Shown in pieces: positions 56,899-64,000 of a stretch of 64,000 bases of DNA (position 1 is the stretch's first letter; every line of letters starts with the position of its first letter). This DNA comes from Candidatus Bathyarchaeota archaeon (GTDB lineage Archaea; Thermoproteota; Bathyarchaeia; Bathyarchaeales; Bathycorpusculaceae): contig CAVYES010000005.1 in assembly GCA_963767735.1 (NCBI GenBank), forward strand, positions 448,001 to 512,000, read 5' to 3'. A program made the position numbers and the translations under genes. The notes under the pieces were generated by a model. The model saw only the letters and a list, made by a program, of their open reading frames with translations, did not search any database and was not told where the DNA came from.

Positions 56899-57203
56899 AC
56901 ATCAAAATGGATTAGGTGAAAAGTATGGCTGATTTGAAAGGTTGCCCCTATGGTCAAGACACAAAAGGTGACTGCAAAGGCTGTGATTACGGTAAAACGT
57001 ATCATTTTGATAGTGCTACTGAGCAATGTGTCAAGCGATAATTTCTCCCTATCGAAACTCATATTTGGCATTAGTTAGGCGTTCTTTAGCCCTTGGTGAG
57101 AGTTCGAATTGCTCATGGTTGCAATGGAAAAAAGTGCTGATAAGAGCAGTTATAAAGATTTTTGGCTAAACTCTTTTAAGAACCTAATAAAATACTTGAC
57201 TCG

Positions 57204-58124
57204 ATGATTATGGGTCAAAAAGCCTTCATATCGGATGCCGACTTGGCACTGGCAAACTTTATCTGGAACGGCATAAAAAATGGACCTGCAGCAAAAAACA
57301 TGGTCTCAAGCCAAGAACAAATTTCGTTTTCCTCTCCAAAAGCCACTAGTGCTCATGGAAACAGGAAACTGTCGATTTTTCTATACAACATTACTGAAGA
57401 AACGGCAAAAAGAAACATGTCGTCCACCATAGATTGCTCGAACAAAAACACAGAGTCGTTTGCTCTGCGCTATATTATTACGCCATTAACCGGAAATGAC
57501 AAAGACGACCATGCATTACTTGAAGAAATAATTCATTTGTTTTTGGCCACGCAGCTTCTTGTTAGTTCAGATGATGAAAACAAGGGCGGGCTCACGGTGA
57601 AAATGGATTCACTTTCTTTAGAGGAGCTAAGTAAACTATGGAATGCGTTGGGGTCTCCACTTAGGCTTTCAATAAGCTTAACCGTTTCTCCTGCTGTGCC
57701 GCGGTATAGCTCACAAGCACAGGTAACACGCGACGCGGTAGCGTCTCAAAAATCCGAACCTGACACAGAACATGTTGTCCAACTCTACCAAGCCGTGCTC
57801 AAAACCTTCACTGAACAATCTACTGGATGGAAAAAACGCAATATGGTCGTCAAACAATGGTTGCTTCAAAACTTTGAGAAAAACACAGATATGACCGTGG
57901 AGGAGATGCTCACCGCGCTTAACAATTTAGGCGACAAACTGGGACAACACGGGTCGACTGCACAGTTTATAAAGCCTCTAAATATGCTGGCGGGATACTA
58001 CCAACTCCAACTTGATCAACTAAAAGGAATGCAGAAGGTGTCACATGGACAGAGAGAGAACCTCGAAGCAATAAACATGTGGATTAAAGACGTCAAGACT
58101 TTAGTAGAAGCGCTGGGCAGCTAG
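57204..58124 (+). CDS. Pvc16/DUF4255-like N-terminal domain protein
   Basis: ISFSSP...KLSIFLYNITE...LRYIITP...LSLEELSKLWNALG...LSI. Confidence 0.65.
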   Translation: MIMGQKAFISDADLALANFIWNGIKNGPAAKNMVSSQEQISFSSPKATSAHGNRKLSIFLYNITEETAKRNMSSTIDCSNKNTESFALRYIITPLTGNDKDDHALLEEIIHLFLATQLLVSSDDENKGGLTVKMDSLSLEELSKLWNALGSPLRLSISLTVSPAVPRYSSQAQVTRDAVASQKSEPDTEHVVQLYQAVLKTFTEQSTGWKKRNMVVKQWLLQNFEKNTDMTVEEMLTALNNLGDKLGQHGSTAQFIKPLNMLAGYYQLQLDQLKGMQKVSHGQRENLEAINMWIKDVKTLVEALGS

Positions 58125-58265
58125 AAGAGCGGGCTGCAAATATGCCCAGATGACCGAACTTAGGGTCTCACTTACGAGAGTTTGAACCTAATCCAGCTGC
58201 TTTAGATTTCTCTTTTCTTATGAGAAAATCGTTAATTTGGGTTTATCATTTTTCTGTTTGCTGGG

Positions 58266-58679
58266 TTATGGGCAACATTTGCCTTTTGGGATAGCGTGTC
58301 CATGGGGGCATTTTCTTGGGTGATTAAGTTGTGTGCATAGGGCATCCATGAATTCTTCGTCCATGTGGTGTTCCATGCCGCAAACGCTTTCTTCTTGAAT
58401 GTCAGTTTTTAGCGCTTCTTTCATCAATACTTCGGTCAGTCTGTGTGCACGTATGATTCTTTTTGCTATTTTTCTTCCTTTTTCAGTAAGTTCGATGCCC
58501 TGTCTTGCCAAGTAAATTACGTAGCCTTCTTTTTCTAATTTCTTAAGCATTTCTAAGGCACTTGGCGCCGCTACTCCGAGGTGATCTGCCACCCACGTAA
58601 GGTGAGCCAATTTTTCGCCTCTTTCTTCCGATACCCAAAGTGCTTCAAGATATTCTTCAACGCTTTCGGAGGTTGGCAT
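58266..58679 (-). CDS. DtxR/MntR-family metal-dependent repressor
   Basis: EEYLEAL, IRAHRLTE, CGMEH, PRKCPHGHAIP. Confidence 0.9.
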   Translation of the reverse strand: MPTSESVEEYLEALWVSEERGEKLAHLTWVADHLGVAAPSALEMLKKLEKEGYVIYLARQGIELTEKGRKIAKRIIRAHRLTEVLMKEALKTDIQEESVCGMEHHMDEEFMDALCTQLNHPRKCPHGHAIPKGKCCP

Positions 58680-58762
58680 TAGTTATGTTCTCATTAGTTA
58701 ATTGTTTGATTTTAGATATAAGTTTTGAAGGCTGAGTGTTTATTGTTTACGGAGGAAATGAC

Positions 58763-58814
58763 TTAGGTTTGCCTAAAAGTTAATATATCTATAGATACTT
58801 AGGTTGACCTAAGT
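58763..58814. promoter_or_regulatory. Two DtxR/MntR boxes flanking the transporter TATA box
   Basis: TTAGGTTTGCCTAA (58763-58776) and ACTTAGGTTGACCTAAGT (58797-58814) around TAATATAT. Confidence 0.8.
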
Positions 58815-58852
58815 GCATGCGATTTTGACCTGCACATTAAAGAGGCACCAAA

Positions 58853-60037
58853 ATGAATTTCAAAGTAGGCGACTGGCTCAGAAACTTCGGTCCAGCCTGG
58901 ATAGTGATGATAGCAGACATAGATATAGCCTCAATCATCACCGCCCTACAATCCGGCGCAAGCTACGGCTACAGAATGGCGTTTATTCTTCTATTATTGA
59001 TTTTTCCGCTTTTTATTATCCAAGATGCAGCTGGCAGACTGGGAACGTGTGCGGGACTTGGGCTTGGAGAGGCAACCAGAAAACAATTCGGAAGCCGCAA
59101 GGCACTATTCGCCGCCATCCCTATGGGTATAAGCGATTTTCTTGAGTACGTAGCTGAATACGCGGGCATGGCCATTGGCCTTTACTTACTGCGCTTTCCT
59201 ATCCTCCTTGGACTTATACTAATTTTCTTGATTCACACAGGTGTGGTGGTTGGTAAGCAGTACCGTAGAGCAGAGATGGTGCTTATACCTTTGAGTTTCA
59301 TGTTGGTTGCAGCTATAGTAGCCTCAGCATTCATATTTCCCGTAAATCTAAAAGAATTCATTTCTCTGGGGCTCTCTCCATTGCAACCATACACTAAACC
59401 ATCTTTTGACTTCCTTCTCGCCGCCAGTGTAGGGGCAGTTATTATGCCGTGGATGCTCTACTATCATTCTGGCGCTGATGCCCGCAGAAAGAAACAGCCA
59501 AAGGACCTAAAGAACGAGCGCATCGAAACGATTCTCGGAGCTGTAGTATCGGAAGTTCTTATGGTCATACTGATTTTTCCAGGAATACGTCTTGCCAACG
59601 GAGGCAGCTTGATCAGCGCGCTGGCGCTGTCAAACGTGCTCTCATTCTTTGGACCATATGCAATGCCCATCATGGGCGCGTTGTTTCTATTTGCAGGTTT
59701 TCTTGCACTTATCGTTATATCCCTTGGCTCAGCTTGGGGTGTTCTCGAAGCAACAGGCAAAACCTCACAAACCTCCTTCATGACGGTGTATCTGCTCGAA
59801 AGTGTTCCCGCAATAATCATAGTAGCCACAATAACAGGTTACATTCAACTGATGCTAAGTCTAATGGTTATCTATCCAATAGTGATTATACCGTCTCTGT
59901 ACTTTCTGGGGAAGCTTGTTTCAGATAAAAAAGTGATGTCAGGCTACCAGTACAACAAATACGAGGTAGCCGCCTTCGTAATAGCATCAATAATGATTGT
60001 AGCAGGCGGAATCCTAGGCTTATACGCTCTACTCTAA
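58853..60037 (+). CDS. Nramp-family divalent metal transporter
   Basis: FGPAWIVMIADID, VGAVIMPW, many TM helices; divergent from the DtxR gene. Confidence 0.85.
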   Translation: MNFKVGDWLRNFGPAWIVMIADIDIASIITALQSGASYGYRMAFILLLLIFPLFIIQDAAGRLGTCAGLGLGEATRKQFGSRKALFAAIPMGISDFLEYVAEYAGMAIGLYLLRFPILLGLILIFLIHTGVVVGKQYRRAEMVLIPLSFMLVAAIVASAFIFPVNLKEFISLGLSPLQPYTKPSFDFLLAASVGAVIMPWMLYYHSGADARRKKQPKDLKNERIETILGAVVSEVLMVILIFPGIRLANGGSLISALALSNVLSFFGPYAMPIMGALFLFAGFLALIVISLGSAWGVLEATGKTSQTSFMTVYLLESVPAIIIVATITGYIQLMLSLMVIYPIVIIPSLYFLGKLVSDKKVMSGYQYNKYEVAAFVIASIMIVAGGILGLYALL

Positions 60038-60188
60038 AAACTTGCCTCTGCTAACGAGACAAACAGTTTTGAGACAGGCGCCAGCAAGGAACCCTTCCTC
60101 TCAGCAAAGCTTCATTTACGAACCTGCAGAAACCTCGTTTGGTTAAGAAGGTGCTGTTAACTTGGTGTAAGATTTCGGTTTAGATAGA

Positions 60189-60265
60189 AGTATTTGTGTG
60201 TGCCTACAGTCTACCCCCCGGTCTACTAGATGATCCTATTTAGGCTCCAAATATGTTTCAACATA
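60189..60265 (-). repeat. Dispersed intergenic repeat, copy 2
   Basis: Reverse complement aligns to 16317-16392. Confidence 0.7.
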
Positions 60266-60552
60266 CTTCAACGGAGAAGCGGAGTGCGCACTTTTCTATG
60301 CAGAATTGGTGAAATTACATGTTGAATTGTAGCAAATTTGTTAGCTTAACATCTTGCCTATAAAAATCCTAAAAATACCTCCTAAGATAAAGCGACTTAT
60401 CACCCGATGTGTTCCGCCTAGAAAAAAATGCCCATCATCCTAAAACACACCAGAACTAGATGATGAGTTGTAATCAATAATAGCAATTCATAAAAGATTA
60501 CTATTTCAACTAACATTTGTTTGGACGAGTGGTTTGTAAATAAGCTTGTGAG

Positions 60553-61716
60553 ATGACTAAGTTGATGAGAATATCTCTTATCTTAAGTTTGTGTCTTTTG
60601 TTAGCGGTTTCTTTAATGTTGCCAGGTTTTGCTGCAGCTCAGGCGGCGAGTTCAGGTAATCAGTCGCCTTCTTCGTCGAGCCAAAGCGGTCAAGTGCCTG
60701 CCCCGACAGTATCATTCAGCAATAGCCCAAGGCCGGGTTCTGGTGACTTGATTAACCTTGCTGTATCGGTTATTCAGGGGCAACCGCAAGTTTGCGGAAC
60801 TGCTTGGAGCGCGCACAAGACAATTTTGCCTATTGGCGGAGCGCTAGGTGAAGGGTTCCAAGGCGAAATAGGAACAACCGTCGGCAATGTCTCAAGTACC
60901 CTTGAGATTAATCTTGGAGACAACTATCCACAAGGGCTTCAGCTTCCCGCGATGTTCATAGATTCGCAGTACGGCAGTATCCCCATAAGCTTCTGCAACG
61001 CCAGCTCCTTTAACATGCAGGTCGGCAACGTAACCTACGTTAACGGTTTACCCACTGTGACAAACACCGTAACTTTCAACAACATTGCCCTTCCAACCTA
61101 TGGTCAAGGCTCATCCTCAATCACGCTTGTAATATCCCAAACCGTTATAGCTAACTGGACTAACATGATAGTTAGTATTGGCGTTTACGCTGACCTCACA
61201 AACATGAAACTCTTCCTGCCAGATGGCGCGGAGATTCCTCAAAACACCGACTTCTCTTTTAATCTAATGTATGGAATTGACATGAATACCCCTGCTCCTT
61301 CAGGAACTCCAGGTCCGATTGACTATCCCCCGTCAAACATAACTCCGACAAGCGTGTTCTTTGCGGTTAATGGCACAGCAGGCACACAATTATCAATCGC
61401 AAATATGAATTTCGGAGGCACATACACCGATATTCAAGGCTCAAATCAATTTGCAGATAAAACGCCTATAATATATTTCTCACAGTCAGCTGCGCCAACT
61501 TGGGCAGTTAACTGCTTTCAGACCTTTCCCAACCTAATATATGGGGTAACTACAGCCGTTGAGAGTGACCCAACCATCACTATGCAGCACAACGCAGTTT
61601 CTGCCGCGGGCGGGATCTCGACTGGCAATTTGATATTTTATGCTGCAATCGTTGGAGTTGTAGCTTCCGTTGCTGTTGTAGGAACCGTTATTTCTGTTAA
61701 ACGAAGAAAACAATAG
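60553..61716 (+). CDS. Cell-surface protein with signal peptide and C-terminal TM anchor
   Basis: Hydrophobic N-terminus, S/T/N/G-rich body, TM followed by KRRKQ. Confidence 0.8.
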   Translation: MTKLMRISLILSLCLLLAVSLMLPGFAAAQAASSGNQSPSSSSQSGQVPAPTVSFSNSPRPGSGDLINLAVSVIQGQPQVCGTAWSAHKTILPIGGALGEGFQGEIGTTVGNVSSTLEINLGDNYPQGLQLPAMFIDSQYGSIPISFCNASSFNMQVGNVTYVNGLPTVTNTVTFNNIALPTYGQGSSSITLVISQTVIANWTNMIVSIGVYADLTNMKLFLPDGAEIPQNTDFSFNLMYGIDMNTPAPSGTPGPIDYPPSNITPTSVFFAVNGTAGTQLSIANMNFGGTYTDIQGSNQFADKTPIIYFSQSAAPTWAVNCFQTFPNLIYGVTTAVESDPTITMQHNAVSAAGGISTGNLIFYAAIVGVVASVAVVGTVISVKRRKQ

Positions 61717-61861
61717 GGACATGCTCCCACCTATGACTACTAATCGCTTCAAACTAGGCGTAATAGGCCTGAAAAGCAAAGAAGCATGTTGACAAAACAA
61801 ATTTTTTTTAGGTATAGATATTAAGCTTGCTTACACTTATTTCTGGAAGACTTGATTAAAA

Positions 61862-62272
61862 ATGAGTGTTAAGCTGCAAATTTTCGAGCATAACGGTAAG
61901 GATGATAATCCTTTTCGAAGAAGCTTTCGCTTCGCTGTTGTTGACTTCAGTAAGTCTCAGAGTTACCCCTCAAACTTCGTTTGCATGTTACCATTAAAAT
62001 TAGGAGTCGGAAAACCAGATAGCGTTTTCTTGAAGGTTTATGGGAATAGAAGTTTAGAACAAGCTAAAATATTGTTAACTGGCGCTTTGAAGGCCGAAAA
62101 TGACATTGAAATCAAAGCTGAAATCGAAAGACGGTTAAAACTGCTTGATCCTTCACAGGCAACGCAAATCAAGTGCAGTTCTTGCGGCAAACTTTTTCAA
62201 CCTCAAAGAATAAGACGGTATAAGAAAAATTTTTGCCAAGCTTGCATGAAAAAAAGGTACGGCAACCGATAA
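61862..62272 (+). CDS. Hypothetical protein with C-terminal Zn ribbon
   Basis: CSSC...CQAC. Confidence 0.65.
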   Translation: MSVKLQIFEHNGKDDNPFRRSFRFAVVDFSKSQSYPSNFVCMLPLKLGVGKPDSVFLKVYGNRSLEQAKILLTGALKAENDIEIKAEIERRLKLLDPSQATQIKCSSCGKLFQPQRIRRYKKNFCQACMKKRYGNR

Positions 62273-62401
62273 GTTATCCTATTTTTTAGGCAGCTTATTT
62301 AATGGACTGAGACGGGTTTAACTTTAGAATTTTGATATTAAAATTTTATTAAAATTCCTTATTACTCAAACATATACCTTTTAAATTTGCCAAAACCGAC
62401 T

Positions 62402-62656
62402 TTAGTCTTTTGTTTCAATTGTCCCGTTAGGGTGCTTTCCCATCCAGTCCAAGGCGAAGGCTTCGGCTTTAGTTTCTTTGGAGAAGTCAGGCGAGATTTT
62501 TTTACTCTCCTCTTCGTTCGTTTGCTCTCCAGCAAAGAGCAATACATGGTAGTTTGCACTGAATTCTTTTTTGGAAATGATTAAAGTTTGCCCAGTGTTT
62601 TCGTTAACATAGCCGCCTTGATTGCTTATTTTCTTCCATCCTTTAATGATCTTCAA
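62402..62656 (-). CDS. Hypothetical protein
   Basis: 84-aa ORF ending WMGKHPNG. Confidence 0.55.
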   Translation of the reverse strand: MKIIKGWKKISNQGGYVNENTGQTLIISKKEFSANYHVLLFAGEQTNEEESKKISPDFSKETKAEAFALDWMGKHPNGTIETKD

Positions 62657-62740
62657 GGTATTTGCCTTTTTGTAAGTTACTTACTGGTTTTCTCTGCCGT
62701 TAGAAATAGTAGTTAAAATAAAATAAAAGGTGCTTGGCTA

Positions 62741-62935
62741 CTATCTTCGCCGTGCCCACGCTTGTTTAGGCTCAAAATTAGCGTGTGTGCTTCCGGTTCT
62801 TAGCGGTTGATTAGTTGATTGTTTGGCAAAGCAAGCTTTGCAGTAAACTGGCTTGCCTGGAGTAGGCTTGAATGGCACAGTGGCGATTTGATTGCAAGAA
62901 GTACATTTTACCTCATAAACAGTCCTTTGAGACAT
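62741..62935 (-). CDS. CxxC-x17-CxxC domain protein
   Basis: CTSC...VPFKPTPGKPVYCKAC; GAGGTG RBS. Confidence 0.8.
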   Translation of the reverse strand: MSQRTVYEVKCTSCNQIATVPFKPTPGKPVYCKACFAKQSTNQPLRTGSTHANFEPKQAWARRR

Positions 62936-63482
62936 TATTTCACCTCGATTATCTTATAGTGAGAAAAATTTAGCATTGAAATTTGGAAATTTTGGTTTGG
63001 AATTAAGCTTTTTCGCCTTTTTTCTTGTTATCTGTAAAGCTCTTTTTTGATGCTTTCTTTCTTGATACACAAGTTAGCCGTACAGAAGATTTGCATCTGC
63101 GACAGTTCTTAACTAAACCCGCTCTCAACATACACATTTTCATTTACCTCAATATTTCTTTTGAAAAGAATCAATTATACGAAAGGGGAAGCCCGAGAGG
63201 ATAAGAGAAACTCTTCAACTAACAGTTCTTCTGTCGAGCTTATAAAGGCACTTCTAAAGAAACGGTTTTTTAGAATAACAAAAAGCTATTTTCCAGATAA
63301 ATTAAACAAACGTAAAGTAAACCATAGAAAAACGATTTACCGTTAAGCCAAGCTAATATAGTTCTACACGCCTTTGTGTTTAAGGATTAGAATTCTTTGG
63401 AGAAGAGTTATACTCGGCATTCGCAAGTGTGCTTTCTTTCCAGATTGTTCTAAAAGAAGTGTTACGGAAAGAGGTTAACAAA

Positions 63483-63656
63483 ATAATCTTAAAATGCTCA
63501 GAATGCGGAAATACCTTCAAAATAAATGAAGTTAAAGAGGGCGAGATAGTCGCTTGCCCAATTTGTGAAGCTGACTATAAAGTAGTAATTAAAGATGGAA
63601 AAACCCGATTAGAAGAATACGTTTATGAAACCGAAGACTTAGGCGAATTATCATAA
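63483..63656 (+). CDS. lysW: LysW/ArgW-like zinc-ribbon carrier protein; probable ATA start
   Basis: CSECG...GEIVACPICEAD...EDLGE; GAGGT 7 nt before ATA. Confidence 0.65.
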   Translation: MILKCSECGNTFKINEVKEGEIVACPICEADYKVVIKDGKTRLEEYVYETEDLGELS

Positions 63657-63708
63657 TAACGCTGACTTTGCATAAAGTAAATTAATTTTTATACAAACAC
63701 AAACTGCG

Positions 63709-63987
63709 TTAACTTGCTAGTTCAACCCTTGTGCCTATCGCTTGACCGGGAACCCCATGCGTGAATCTTACTATGACCATTCCGTTTCTTCCGTGGGTAC
63801 TCATAATTTTTCCAACAAACTTGTTGTTGCCGCTTTTCCAAGTTACTTTTTGTCCCACGAGTTTGCCCGCTGAGGATGCGGAATCAATCGTTTCTAATTC
63901 AATTAAGCATTGTCTTGAGTACTGTGCTTTTGGACCTGTTCTGTAATTAACTATTCTTCCGTGTACTATTTGACTCAAAATATTCAC
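63709..63987 (-). CDS. rpl35ae: 50S ribosomal protein L35Ae
   Basis: GRIVNYR, GKIMSTHGRNG, VPGQAIG. Confidence 0.9.
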   Translation of the reverse strand: MNILSQIVHGRIVNYRTGPKAQYSRQCLIELETIDSASSAGKLVGQKVTWKSGNNKFVGKIMSTHGRNGMVIVRFTHGVPGQAIGTRVELAS

Positions 63988-64000
63988 CGCTTCGCTCCCC

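Noticed and set aside
56850-57071. 73-aa ORF spanning attR
   Set aside because: Crosses the element boundary, no motif; probably spurious
57098-57109. GAGAGTTCGAAT resembling the tRNA T arm as alternative attR
   Set aside because: Only 11/12 match with no acceptor-stem sequence; the exact 16-bp match at 56883-56898 is much better
16317-60265. Inverted repeat pair as ends of a 44-kb transposon
   Set aside because: Copies are diverged, no TSD or matching transposase, and they enclose housekeeping genes

Overview
Archaeal chromosomal window. The markers (rpl35Ae, deoxyhypusine synthase, LysW-like carrier, Ahb heme pathway, TATA/BRE promoters) fit a Bathyarchaeia-like host; that taxonomy is inferred. 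Two large mobile elements dominate. (1) An 8.47-kb Cas1-solo element (2611-11079) with perfect 285-bp terminal inverted repeats and a 13-bp palindromic target-site duplication. It looks like a casposon but has no family-B polymerase. It carries an MCM-clade AAA+ ATPase, four tandem small membrane proteins, a strongly structured ~260-nt non-coding segment, and two extra relic copies of the cas1 3' end placed convergent to cargo genes. (2) A ~39-kb tyrosine-integrase island in tRNA-Gln(CTG) (16-bp att core at 17874-17889 and 56883-56898). It holds a type II R-M pair, RecD2-nuclease/SNF2/sacsin-HNH genes, a full nurA-herA-mre11-rad50 operon, a kinase-HD(SAMHD1-like)/MTase/EVE operon facing a PPP phosphatase, a nuclease-small protein-SMC triplet and a PemK module. 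An IS, a dispersed intergenic repeat and a DtxR-regulated Nramp transporter are also present. All family calls come from motifs read by eye; no database searches were run.
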